A DNA stretch of 64,000 nucleotides from Spirochaetia bacterium. Its GTDB lineage: Bacteria; Spirochaetota; Spirochaetia; UBA9216. Every line of letters starts with the position of its first letter. Positions within the stretch are counted from its first letter, which is position 1. The stretch covers positions 1,440,001 to 1,504,000 of the forward strand of contig OY776510.1 in the NCBI GenBank assembly GCA_963675665.1. Direction: 5' to 3'. The position numbers and the translations under genes were made by a program. The notes under the pieces were generated by a model. That model searched no databases. It had not been told where the DNA came from and saw nothing but the letters and a program-made list of their open reading frames with translations. Shown here piece by piece: positions 45,174 to 54,131 of the stretch.

Positions 45174-46504
45174 TCGCTGTACCCGAGATGCATGCCCTGC
45201 TTTTTAAAAGTTTCCTGTCTGAAAAGCGGGTTATACAGGCAGTAAATGCCCAGCTGTAACGGATTCCTCATATTGGTTTTCAAGTCAAAGGCTCTCCTGA
45301 ATATTGAGCCGGGACTGTTGAACACGCTTCGGCAGCGCAACCCCGCCCCGGTCAGCTGCCCGGGTGTCATTTGCGCCGGGATATAGGACGCGTGATTAAA
45401 CCGGTATTCGGGATGGAGCCACCATTTTCCGTCATACAGCAGGCGGTTTTCACGTTTCAGCTTTCGGTAAAACTCTGTGCCTGGGTACGGCATAAGGATA
45501 TTGAATGCCGCGAATGTAAAGCGGTTCTCCAGCGAGAAATCAAGCATCCTTTCGATTGATTCCGGACTGTCCCCGTCGTAGCCGAGAGTGAAGGCTGCCC
45601 AGGTCTGAAACCCGAAGTCGCGGAGAATCCGGATCTGTGTTCTGTAATCACCGGATGCCGCCGAGATATTTGCTGCTTTGCCGGTTCCGGACAGGTTTTC
45701 AGCGGAAAGCGATTCAAAACCGATTACATTTCCGAGGCAACCGCTTTTTCTCATCAGAGTCAGAAGTTCCCTGTCTGTGGTTATATCCATGCTTGCCTGT
45801 GAGACCCATTTTATCTTAAGCGGTATCAGCGCCCTGAACAGTTCCTTCGCCGCATGGTGATCGGCAGTGATATTATCATCCACAAAGAACAGGGTTTTAC
45901 GATCCTGTAATTCTATTTCGCGTATAACCTCGTCAATATTCCGTTTGTAATGCTGTCGGTGGAAATAGGAGCTGACCGCGCAGTATGAACAGGAATAGCG
46001 GCAGCCGCGGCCGAACTGCAGCAAGGTTATCGGCAGGTATCCCTTGTTCTTAAACAGATCCCTTCTGGTCATTGTTCCCGGCTGCGGTATACCCGGCGGA
46101 CCGTTATAGCGGGGTTTCAATACCCCCCTTCGGGCGTCGTCTATTACCTCAGTCCAGACTGTTTCAGCGTCGCCGGTCAGAATTGAATCGGCATGGGAAG
46201 CCGCTTCGTCCGGCACAAGTGTGATATGCATTCCGCCGAGAATAACGGGAACGTCCCTCTTTCTGAATTCTTCGCTGATCTCATAAGCACGTCTGGCGGT
46301 GTATGTTTCGACGGTTATCGCGACAAGATTGTATTTCCGATCAAAAGGAATTTCCTCGCAGCGGTCGTCGGAAAGTTCGACTTCCACATCCGGGGGTGTA
46401 AGTCCGGCAAGAACTCCCAGCTGAAGGGGCTCCATTCTTGCTTCGTCAACAAAGAGACTGTGCTCGAGCCGGCCGATATTCGGACGGATCAACAGAAGTT
46501 TCAT
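45170..46504 (-). CDS. B12-binding radical SAM protein
   Basis: N-terminal cobalamin-binding domain (VILGGMH), RGCRYSCSYC, FFVDDN, IGFES and PYPGT. Confidence 0.92.
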   Translation of the reverse strand: MKLLLIRPNIGRLEHSLFVDEARMEPLQLGVLAGLTPPDVEVELSDDRCEEIPFDRKYNLVAITVETYTARRAYEISEEFRKRDVPVILGGMHITLVPDEAASHADSILTGDAETVWTEVIDDARRGVLKPRYNGPPGIPQPGTMTRRDLFKNKGYLPITLLQFGRGCRYSCSYCAVSSYFHRQHYKRNIDEVIREIELQDRKTLFFVDDNITADHHAAKELFRALIPLKIKWVSQASMDITTDRELLTLMRKSGCLGNVIGFESLSAENLSGTGKAANISAASGDYRTQIRILRDFGFQTWAAFTLGYDGDSPESIERMLDFSLENRFTFAAFNILMPYPGTEFYRKLKRENRLLYDGKWWLHPEYRFNHASYIPAQMTPGQLTGAGLRCRSVFNSPGSIFRRAFDLKTNMRNPLQLGIYCLYNPLFRQETFKKQGMHLGYSE

Positions 46505-46630
46505 CCATCACCCCCGAGAGGACACCTCCTTGGATTTTAGGCTCCGGGGGTTAACCCGTCAAGGTTTTTATTTTACCGTATAACTGTTCGCTCCGGTCAA
46601 TTATTTGAATTGTCTCAAGGCTGACAATCT

Positions 46631-49141
46631 TTACCTGACTACAACATTAACCAGCTTGTCCGGCACGGCAATAACCTTAACGATCTTTTTACCCTCGGTA
46701 TAGGCCTGAATCTTCTCCTGCGCAAGGGCAAGGCGCTCAAGTTCGGCCTTTGCGGTTCCTCTTGCAAGTTCAATCTTGTCGCGAAGCTTGCCGTTGACCT
46801 GGATAACAACAGTCACCTGGTCTTCTATCGTCATGGCTTCATCCCACTCAGGCCAGGGCTGTTTTGCAACAGAAGGCTCATTTCCCAGCTTTTCCCACAA
46901 CTCTTCGGCAATATGCGGGGCATATGGAGAAAGCAGCAGCAGAAAGCACTCCCATACCGATTTATAAACCTTGTCTGTCTTGAACTGCTCATTGATAAAA
47001 ATCATCATCTGGCTGATGGCCGTGTTGAACTCAAGGTTTGCCGTATCATGGGTTACTTTCTTTATCGTTTTATGAAGCAGCTTCTCAAGCTCTTCGGGCG
47101 CCTCTTCGTCTACAACCGGCTTCCCGGTGACGCGCCAGACGCGGTCGAGGAAGCGGTGCACGCCCGTAAGGCCCTTCGTCTGCCATGGTTTTGAAACCTG
47201 CAGCGGTCCCATGAACATCTCGTACATCCGCATCGAGTCGGCCCCGAATTCGGCTATTATGTCGTCGGGATTGATTACGTTCTTAAGGCTCTTGCTCATC
47301 TTCGCAATTACCTGTTCAACCGCCTCGCCGGTCGCTTTTTCGATGTATTCGCCCTCGGCCTTCTCTTCAACCTCGTCAACCGGAACCAGCGACTTGTTCG
47401 GCCGCTGGTAGGCAAACGACGTAATTAGCCCCTGGTTTATCAGCCTTGCGAAAGGTTCCGGGGTTTTAACAACGCCAAGATCAAACAGCACCTTGTGCCA
47501 GAACCGGGCGTACAGCAGGTGAAGCACCGCGTGTTCCGCGCCGCCAACGTAAAGATCTACCGGCATCCAGTAGTCCTGCACGGCTTCGTCGGCAAAGGTT
47601 GCGGTGTTGTGCGGGTCAAGAAAGCGCAGGTAGTACCAGCATGAACCGGCCCACTGCGGCATGGTGTTTGTTTCGCGTTTTGCAGCGGCCCCGCAGACGG
47701 GACAGGTCGTGTTGACCCACTCGTCAATCCTTGCCAGCGGCGATTCTCCCGTGCCCGAGGGTTCGTAACTGTCGACGGCCGGAAGCTCAAGCGGCAGATC
47801 TTCTTCAGGTACAGGCACAATGCCGCATTCCGGGCAGTGTACCAGAGGTATCGGCTCTCCCCAGTAGCGCTGGCGGCTGAAAATCCAGTCGCGAAGTTTA
47901 TAGTTCACAGCCGCTTTGCCAAGCCCGCGCTCTTCAAGCCATGCCGTTATTTTATCGATTGCCTCCTGTTTGCCCAGGCCGTCGAGTATGCCGGAGTTGA
48001 CATGCGGGCCGTCGCCGGTGAAAGCTTCCTCATCGACATTTCCGCCCTGAAGTACTTCTATGATCGGCAGGCTGAAAACCTTTGCAAACTCCCAGTCGCG
48101 TTCGTCATGCGCCGGGACCGCCATAATAGCTCCGGTACCGTAGCTTATAAGAACGTAATCGGCAACCCAGACGGGAATCTTTTCCCCGTTGACCGGGTTG
48201 ACGGCATAACTTCCCGAGAACACACCGGTTTTTTCCTTCGCAAGATCAGTACGTTCGAGATCGGATTTCAGCGAAGCCTGCCGTATATAAGCTTCAACAG
48301 CAGCACGGTGTTCATCGGTAGTCAGTTTTTCCACAAGCGGATGCTCCGGGCTGACAACCATGTAGGTTGCGCCGAAGAGAGTATCCGGGCGCGTAGTGTA
48401 GACAACCAGCTCTTCATCAATTCCGTCGAGACTGAACTTTACATCAGCCCCGGTTGAACGGCCTATCCAGTTGCGCTGCATTGTCTTGATCGAATCGGAC
48501 CAGTCCAGGTCATCAAGCCCCTCAAGCAGTTTGTCTGCATATTCGGTGATCTTCAGAATCCACTGGCGAATATTCTTCTTCTCAACCTGGGCCCCGCAGC
48601 GGTCGCATGTGCCGTCGTTGACTTCTTCATTTGCAAGACCCGTCATGCACGACGGACACCAGTTAATCGGAGCCGCCGATTCATATGCCAGGCCTTTTTT
48701 ATAAAGCTGAAGAAAAATCCACTGCGTCCAGCGGTAGTATTCCGGCGTATGGGTTTTAATCTCACGGCTCCAGTCGTAACTGAACCCCAGACTCTTTATC
48801 TGTTTTGTGAAATGTTCAATATTCTTTTCGGTAGTCGTCTTCGGATGAGTACCTGTTTTAATAGCATAGTTTTCAGCCGGCAGACCGAAAGAGTCGTAAC
48901 CCATCGGGTGAAGCACATTATAGCCGTTCATCCTCAGGTATCTGCAGTAGATATCGGTAGCCGTATAGCCCTCGGGATGCCCCACATGCAGGCCTGCCCC
49001 CGACGGGTATGGGAACATGTCCAGTACGTACATCCGTTTCTCGGGCGGAAAAGACGGGTCTTCCTCGACTCTGAAAGAGTTGTTCTCTTCCCAGTAGTTC
49101 TGCCATTTAGGCTCAATTTCAGTAAAAGGGTATTTGCTCAT
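46631..49141 (-). CDS. leuS: Leucyl-tRNA synthetase
   Basis: [14 protein letters not shown] (HIGH), TTRPDT editing motif and KMSKS. Confidence 0.98.
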   Translation of the reverse strand: MSKYPFTEIEPKWQNYWEENNSFRVEEDPSFPPEKRMYVLDMFPYPSGAGLHVGHPEGYTATDIYCRYLRMNGYNVLHPMGYDSFGLPAENYAIKTGTHPKTTTEKNIEHFTKQIKSLGFSYDWSREIKTHTPEYYRWTQWIFLQLYKKGLAYESAAPINWCPSCMTGLANEEVNDGTCDRCGAQVEKKNIRQWILKITEYADKLLEGLDDLDWSDSIKTMQRNWIGRSTGADVKFSLDGIDEELVVYTTRPDTLFGATYMVVSPEHPLVEKLTTDEHRAAVEAYIRQASLKSDLERTDLAKEKTGVFSGSYAVNPVNGEKIPVWVADYVLISYGTGAIMAVPAHDERDWEFAKVFSLPIIEVLQGGNVDEEAFTGDGPHVNSGILDGLGKQEAIDKITAWLEERGLGKAAVNYKLRDWIFSRQRYWGEPIPLVHCPECGIVPVPEEDLPLELPAVDSYEPSGTGESPLARIDEWVNTTCPVCGAAAKRETNTMPQWAGSCWYYLRFLDPHNTATFADEAVQDYWMPVDLYVGGAEHAVLHLLYARFWHKVLFDLGVVKTPEPFARLINQGLITSFAYQRPNKSLVPVDEVEEKAEGEYIEKATGEAVEQVIAKMSKSLKNVINPDDIIAEFGADSMRMYEMFMGPLQVSKPWQTKGLTGVHRFLDRVWRVTGKPVVDEEAPEELEKLLHKTIKKVTHDTANLEFNTAISQMMIFINEQFKTDKVYKSVWECFLLLLSPYAPHIAEELWEKLGNEPSVAKQPWPEWDEAMTIEDQVTVVIQVNGKLRDKIELARGTAKAELERLALAQEKIQAYTEGKKIVKVIAVPDKLVNVVVR

Positions 49142-49187
49142 GGCCGTATATTACCGCTTAGATAAAGTCTTGTAAATACTGAGATTA

Positions 49188-49314
49188 CGGGCGGCTGCCC
49201 TGCGTTCCGCAGTCCACCGGGCTTTACGCTGCAACGGCCCGAACCCGGCTTTTTTTCCCGGCTACCTCCGGGCCGCCGGAAAGCCGGGGCCGTTTCCGCT
49301 GCAATCCCTGCCGC
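49188..49314 (+). ncRNA. Flavo-1-like structured RNA/repeat
   Basis: GGGCTTTACGCTGCAA-[GC-rich hairpin]-TTTCCGCTGCAATCCCT...CGC resembles the Flavo-1 motif of Bacteroidetes and spirochaetes, recognised by eye only. Confidence 0.6.
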
Positions 49315-49414
49315 GGGGGCTTAATAGTTAAATCGGATACCAATATGTATATTAGGTTTAACGTGTAAGGTAAAATAGCTTGACAAGTTGTATTGTTTGG
49401 CCGATAATGAATAT

Positions 49415-49723
49415 GTGGAAGCATATTTCAAAAACAAGGAATTGGAAAAGCTTTATACAACAAATAAAAGTAAGAAATACAAACTCGAACAACATGTAAT
49501 AAGTAACTTCTTTGAAGTTGTGGCTATTATCGCAGCCGCAAAGGATATCTATGATTTCAGGGAAAAACCGTCTTTGAATTTTAAAAAAATGAAAGGTTTT
49601 CAAAACAGGTACTCTTTCAGGATCGACAGAAAATACCGGCTTGAGACTGAAATTGAATGGGAGAATGAGAACAAGACGGTAGGAATTATCGGTATTGATG
49701 AAGTAAGTAATCATTACCAATGA
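49415..49723 (+). CDS. higB: HigB (RelE/ParE superfamily, killer-protein type) toxin
   Basis: FKNKELEKLY, PSLNFKKMKG, YSFRIDRKYRL and C-terminal SNHY. GTG start lies 6 nt after TTGACA-17-GATAAT. Confidence 0.85.
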   Translation: MEAYFKNKELEKLYTTNKSKKYKLEQHVISNFFEVVAIIAAAKDIYDFREKPSLNFKKMKGFQNRYSFRIDRKYRLETEIEWENENKTVGIIGIDEVSNHYQ

Positions 49724-49758
49724 TAATAAGGAGGAATGATAAAAAGTCTTCATGAGCT

Positions 49759-49911
49759 GGTGAATTGATATACTGCCTTAACTTTAATTGAGGCAGTAAG
49801 GTTACTGTTCGACATTTTTACTGGTCCGCGAGACCGTTTAGGAGATTGAAGAGCCGTAACCGAAACATTCAATGGTCTGCGAGACCGGATAGGAGAATGG
49901 AACAATTCACC
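49759..49911 (+). ncRNA. Putative IS110 bridge RNA
   Basis: Closing stem GGTGAATTG/CAATTCACC, 5' hairpin 49771-49798, and two GGTC-YGCGA-GACC-centred loops whose flanks match the target and donor sites. Confidence 0.75.
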
Positions 49912-49946
49912 GTATAGGCACTGCTTCAAACTATTGGAGATAGAAC

Positions 49947-51059
49947 ATGAAGATGAGTATTGGCGTGGATCTTCACAAAACGCAGTTTACAGTATGCCTT
50001 TTAAGTGAAGACCGAAAAATTGATCAATTGGGAATGTATCCGACCAGCGGAAATGGTTATGGAGCATTTCTGAAAATGCTGGATGAATATTGTGAAGAGG
50101 AATATGAGTTGAGAGCAGCGGTGGAAACAACCGGGAATGCCCGTTATTTCCGCAATAAACTGTTAAAGGCTGGAGTCGAAGTGGTTGTAGTGAATACTTT
50201 GAAATTCAAGGTAGTGAATGAATCTGTAAAAAAGACAGACAAACATGATGCACGCACCCTGGCGGAGTTTCTTGAGAAAGACATGCTGCCTGAATCGATA
50301 TTATGTTCCCAAGAGAGTGAGGATATTCGAAGGGTGCTGAAATCCAGGTCGATACTGGTAAAATCTGTTGTGTCGTTAAAGAACCAGGTGCATGGCTTAT
50401 TACTTGGTTATGGAATAGAGACCAAACGCGGACAGCTGCAGAGTAAAAAAGAAAGGCAGCGAATCCTGAACGGTCTCGAGGACCACGACTTTTACGGAAG
50501 CGCTGCCAAAACGGTAATACCGTTACTGGATATGATAGATAATCAGGCATCGCAAGTCAAGCAGCTTGAAAAGGTTTTGGCTGAGCTTGTGGAGGACGAT
50601 GAAGATGTTGAGCTTCTGCAGACAATACCAGGCGTGGGTCTAATAACAGCAGCAACAGTAAGAGCCTATACAGACGATATCGGCAGATATGATAGTGCGA
50701 AGAAATATGCAGCAAACGCCGGGCTTGTGCCATGGGTGCAGAACTCAAATATGACAATACATCATGGACATATAACAAAGCGTGGGCCTGTAGAACTGAG
50801 GACAGCCTTCGTACAGATGGTGATGGGAATGGTTCGTATGCAAAAGAAGACCGGGACGTACCGAATAATGACGAAGTATGCAGCGATGAAGAAGCAGAAA
50901 GGCTCGGGTAAGAGTGTAATAGCTGCCGCCCGCAAGATGAGCACTTTGGTATATACAATTTTAAAAACCAGAGAGCCGTTTGATCCGATGAAAATGGCTT
51001 TTAGAAAAGAATACAGGGAAATGCAGGCAGCAGCATGGGAAGCTGTAATGGTCGGTTGA
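49947..51059 (+). CDS. IS110 DEDD transposase (bridge recombinase)
   Basis: GVDLHK (D), AVETTG (E), KTDKHDA (D, D); C-terminal TIPGVG and GLVPWVQNS...GHITKRG with the catalytic Ser. Confidence 0.95.
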   Translation: MKMSIGVDLHKTQFTVCLLSEDRKIDQLGMYPTSGNGYGAFLKMLDEYCEEEYELRAAVETTGNARYFRNKLLKAGVEVVVVNTLKFKVVNESVKKTDKHDARTLAEFLEKDMLPESILCSQESEDIRRVLKSRSILVKSVVSLKNQVHGLLLGYGIETKRGQLQSKKERQRILNGLEDHDFYGSAAKTVIPLLDMIDNQASQVKQLEKVLAELVEDDEDVELLQTIPGVGLITAATVRAYTDDIGRYDSAKKYAANAGLVPWVQNSNMTIHHGHITKRGPVELRTAFVQMVMGMVRMQKKTGTYRIMTKYAAMKKQKGSGKSVIAAARKMSTLVYTILKTREPFDPMKMAFRKEYREMQAAAWEAVMVG

Positions 51060-51121
51060 TATCCGACTAGATCATAAGCTTATATTTTTAGCTTGTGGTT
51101 GACTTTTTATAGGAGAAAACG

Positions 51122-52237
51122 ATGGCAATGATCAGGGATTTAAAACCGGCAGTTTTGATTGGAGCCGGGGATATTATAAAAAGGGAACTTGAATATAACG
51201 GTTGGTCACAGGAAGATCTCGCAGAAATTACCGAGCTTTCAGGAAAAACAATCAGCCAGTTAATAAACAATAAACAACGGGTTACGGTTGAGACAGCAAA
51301 GCTGCTTTCTAATGCATTGGGCTCAAGTCCTGAATTCTGGCTGAATCTGGACAACAATTACAGGCTGCAGCTTGATGATGAAACCGATAAGGAATCAGCA
51401 GTAAAGACGAAGGCTGAAATTCGCAAGTATATGCCGGTTGCAGAAATCTGCAGGAAAGGCTGGTACTGCAGCGACAATACAGCTGAAGGATATAAGTCAG
51501 TATATAAAGATATCTGGAACCGGGATGATATTGATTTTTTTGTCTATGATAATCCGGATATCGAATATTGCGCGCGCAGGTCGAAAGAAGATGAGCAGTT
51601 CACGCAATACTACTCTCAGACCTGGGCGAGGATAGCAAAAAATCATGCAGAGAAAATTGATGTACCTGATTATAATCAGGCTCTGTTAAAAAAAATCTCC
51701 GAAACTCTATCCGAATACACAATTCAACCAAATGGAGTCAGGCGAATAATAAACGATTTAAATTCAGCAGGCGTCAAGGTTTTTGTTCAATCCCATCTAT
51801 CCAAAACATACCTTGACGGAGCCTGTTTCTTTGACGGAAAAAATCCGGTGATTGTTTATACCGCGCGATACGACAGGCTAGATAACTTCTGGTTTACGCT
51901 TGCTCATGAGATCGCCCATGTGCTTCTTCATTTATCTCCTGATAATGATAAATGTTTTCTGGATAATCTCGATTCTGAGAATACAACAAAAAAAGAAAAA
52001 GAGGCTGATGCAGATGCTGAAAAAATGCTGAAAATCAGGGAGATCCTGAAATTGGCAAAGCCGTACAGCAAATATCTTTCCGAAGCGAATCTTCGAAATA
52101 TTTCCGGACAACTGAAAATAGAAGTCTCGGTTATCCTGGGGGTTCTTCAACATCACGGAATAGTGGATTACAGGAAACTGAACAAGTTTAAAACAAAGGC
52201 AACACCTATCTTACCTGTGGAAATAATGATGGGATGA
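51122..52237 (+). CDS. higA: HigA antitoxin (Xre HTH) fused to an ImmA/IrrE-type zinc metallopeptidase domain
   Basis: WSQEDLAE HTH and SPEFWLNL, then RYDRLDNFWFTLAHEIAH (HExxH). Confidence 0.88.
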   Translation: MAMIRDLKPAVLIGAGDIIKRELEYNGWSQEDLAEITELSGKTISQLINNKQRVTVETAKLLSNALGSSPEFWLNLDNNYRLQLDDETDKESAVKTKAEIRKYMPVAEICRKGWYCSDNTAEGYKSVYKDIWNRDDIDFFVYDNPDIEYCARRSKEDEQFTQYYSQTWARIAKNHAEKIDVPDYNQALLKKISETLSEYTIQPNGVRRIINDLNSAGVKVFVQSHLSKTYLDGACFFDGKNPVIVYTARYDRLDNFWFTLAHEIAHVLLHLSPDNDKCFLDNLDSENTTKKEKEADADAEKMLKIREILKLAKPYSKYLSEANLRNISGQLKIEVSVILGVLQHHGIVDYRKLNKFKTKATPILPVEIMMG

Positions 52238-52255
52238 ATAATAAGGAAATTCTGT

Positions 52256-52339
52256 CTAATTATTAACAAGGCCGAATTGGTCGCTATTTGAGTTTAGTAA
52301 TTGTATAAACTCTCTGAAGTCTTTCGGGATATTCAGCAT
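52256..52339 (-). pseudogene. Truncated nucleotidyltransferase remnant
   Basis: MLNIPKDFREFIQLLNS resembles the N-terminus of small nucleotidyltransferases that normally continue with YLxVGGYA; here it stops after 27 codons. Confidence 0.5.
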
Positions 52340-52469
52340 AAAATTGTTTCCTAAGGAATTCAACGGCGTTAAGGCGTTCAACAGGGCTTTTCGACAGCCA
52401 GTATTCCCTGTCGGGGTTTGCTGTTGAGGCGTCATGCAGGTTTTTCTTTGTAACTGTTTTAACAATCAT
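52284..52469 (-). CDS. Small hypothetical protein (61 aa), usual partner of such nucleotidyltransferases
   Basis: YWLSKSPVERLNAVEFLR...RLQRV pattern; ATG lies 6 nt after TGnTATAAT. Confidence 0.6.
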   Translation of the reverse strand: MIVKTVTKKNLHDASTANPDREYWLSKSPVERLNAVEFLRKQFYAEYPERLQRVYTITKLK

Positions 52470-52612
52470 TAATTTATTATAACATATTGAGATCAATATG
52501 GAATCTGCAATCTTTTAAAACTTAAATTAATACTTCCCCCGCGCTGTTTGCCGTTGTATAATCCTGACATAATAAAACGATGGCCCGCGGAGCCCGGACT
52601 CAAGGAAGCAGC

Positions 52613-54067
52613 ATGTTCGAACAGACCTTTAAAAATATTGATGACATTCTCTACAAGGATTCAGGCGCCGACAGCGAGCTTGATTACATCGGGCAAACCT
52701 CATGGGTGCTGTTTCTCCGCTACCTCGACGAGCTTGAGCAGGTAAAGTCCGATAAGGCTGAACTTGCCGGTGAAGAGTATCGGTATATTCTCGATTATGA
52801 ATACCGCTGGCCTGTCTGGGCAATGCCGAAAGGAGTCGACGGAAGGCTTGATCATCACAGGGCCTTGACCGGGCCGGATCTTGTAAGTTTTGTGGATGAA
52901 AAGCTGTTTCCGTACCTGGCTTCATTCAAGCAAAAGGCGGACAGCCCCCGGACAATCGAATACAAAATAGGTGAAATATTTTCGGAGCTTAAAAACCGCA
53001 TCCAGAGCGGTTACAATTTGCGCGAGATTATTGAATACATAGACGGCCTTGAGTTCAGGACACAGAAAGAGAAGCATGAGCTGAGCCATCTGTATGAAAC
53101 AAAGATAAAGAACATGGGTAACGCCGGGCGCAACGGCGGGCAGTATTACACGCCAAGGCCCCTTATTCGCGCGATAATCAAAATCATTGATCCGAAGATC
53201 GGTGAAAAGGTCTATGACGGGGCAGCCGGTTCCTGTGGGTTTCTCTGCGAGGCCTTCGATTACATCTATGAGCGCATGGAAAAGACTACGACCAACTTGA
53301 AGACCCTGCAGGAAGACACCTTCTTCGGCAAGGAGAAGAAGAACCTTGCCTATGTAATCGGCAACATGAATATGATCCTGCACGGAATCGAGGCGCCTAA
53401 CCTTGTGCACACAAATACCCTGGGCGAAAACATCCGCGATATCCAGGAAAAGAACCGCTACCATGTTATCCTTGCAAACCCTCCATTCGGCGGAAAGGAG
53501 CGTAAAGAAGTACAGCAGAATTTTGATATTAAAACAGGCGAAACAGCCTTTCTTTTTCTGCAACATTTTATCAAAAACCTCAAAGCCGGCGGACGGGCTG
53601 CGGTAGTAATTAAGAATACGTTTCTGTCGAATACCGACAACGCCGCAATCAGTTTGCGCAGGTATCTGCTTGAAAGCTGCAGCCTTCATACTGTGCTCGA
53701 CATGCCGCAGGGCACCTTCCTCGGTGCCGGTGTGAAAATCGTCGTGCTGTTTTTTCAGAAAGGCGAGCCCACAAAAAACATATGGTATTATCAGCTTGAC
53801 CCGGGCCGGAGCCTGGGTAAAACCAACCCGCTGAATGATGGCGATCTGGCTGAATTCGTTGAATTACAGCCTTCAGGTGCCGAAACGGAACGCAGCTGGA
53901 ACCTTAAAATAGCCGACGTAAAAGAAGATACGTTCGATCTGTCGGTAAAAAACCCCAACACGCCCGAAGAAGAACCCCTGCGCAGCCCTGCTGAAATCCT
54001 CGCCGAGCTGGAATCGCTCGACGCCGAAACAGCTGCAATCCTCAAATCGCTTAAGGAGCTGGTGTGA
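52613..54067 (+). CDS. hsdM: Type I R-M N6-adenine methyltransferase
   Basis: GQYYTPR, DGAAGSCGFL and NPPF motifs; ATG 52613 after AAGGA. Confidence 0.95.
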   Translation: MFEQTFKNIDDILYKDSGADSELDYIGQTSWVLFLRYLDELEQVKSDKAELAGEEYRYILDYEYRWPVWAMPKGVDGRLDHHRALTGPDLVSFVDEKLFPYLASFKQKADSPRTIEYKIGEIFSELKNRIQSGYNLREIIEYIDGLEFRTQKEKHELSHLYETKIKNMGNAGRNGGQYYTPRPLIRAIIKIIDPKIGEKVYDGAAGSCGFLCEAFDYIYERMEKTTTNLKTLQEDTFFGKEKKNLAYVIGNMNMILHGIEAPNLVHTNTLGENIRDIQEKNRYHVILANPPFGGKERKEVQQNFDIKTGETAFLFLQHFIKNLKAGGRAAVVIKNTFLSNTDNAAISLRRYLLESCSLHTVLDMPQGTFLGAGVKIVVLFFQKGEPTKNIWYYQLDPGRSLGKTNPLNDGDLAEFVELQPSGAETERSWNLKIADVKEDTFDLSVKNPNTPEEEPLRSPAEILAELESLDAETAAILKSLKELV

Positions 54068-54131
54068 AAAAGCGAAAAAGCTGTGAACTACGTAATATTT
54101 ACAGAAAACATTACGTGAAGGAGGCTGAATA

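Larger units (their letters stand above)
49734..51115 (+). mobile_element. IS110-family insertion sequence (1382 bp) inserted at AGGAG between higB and higA
   Basis: AGGAG at both junctions (49729-33 and 51111-15); sub-terminal inverted repeat ATAAAAAGTC (49739-48) / GACTTTTTAT (51101-10); long left non-coding end. Confidence 0.9.

Noticed and set aside
42839-46562. Similar GGCTCCGGG...TAACC...GTC sequences on both sides of the radical SAM cassette as att sites
   Set aside because: The match is short and gapped and no recombinase gene is adjacent, so it could be chance.
49142-49320. T-box riboswitch upstream of leuS
   Set aside because: No T-box consensus seen, and a promoter lies 6 nt from the leuS ATG, leaving no leader. 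The structured sequence is upstream of that promoter.
49821-49900. Direct repeats TGGTCYGCGAGACCG...TAGGAGA as a mini CRISPR array
   Set aside because: Only two units and no cas genes; better explained as the two guide-loop modules of the IS110 RNA.
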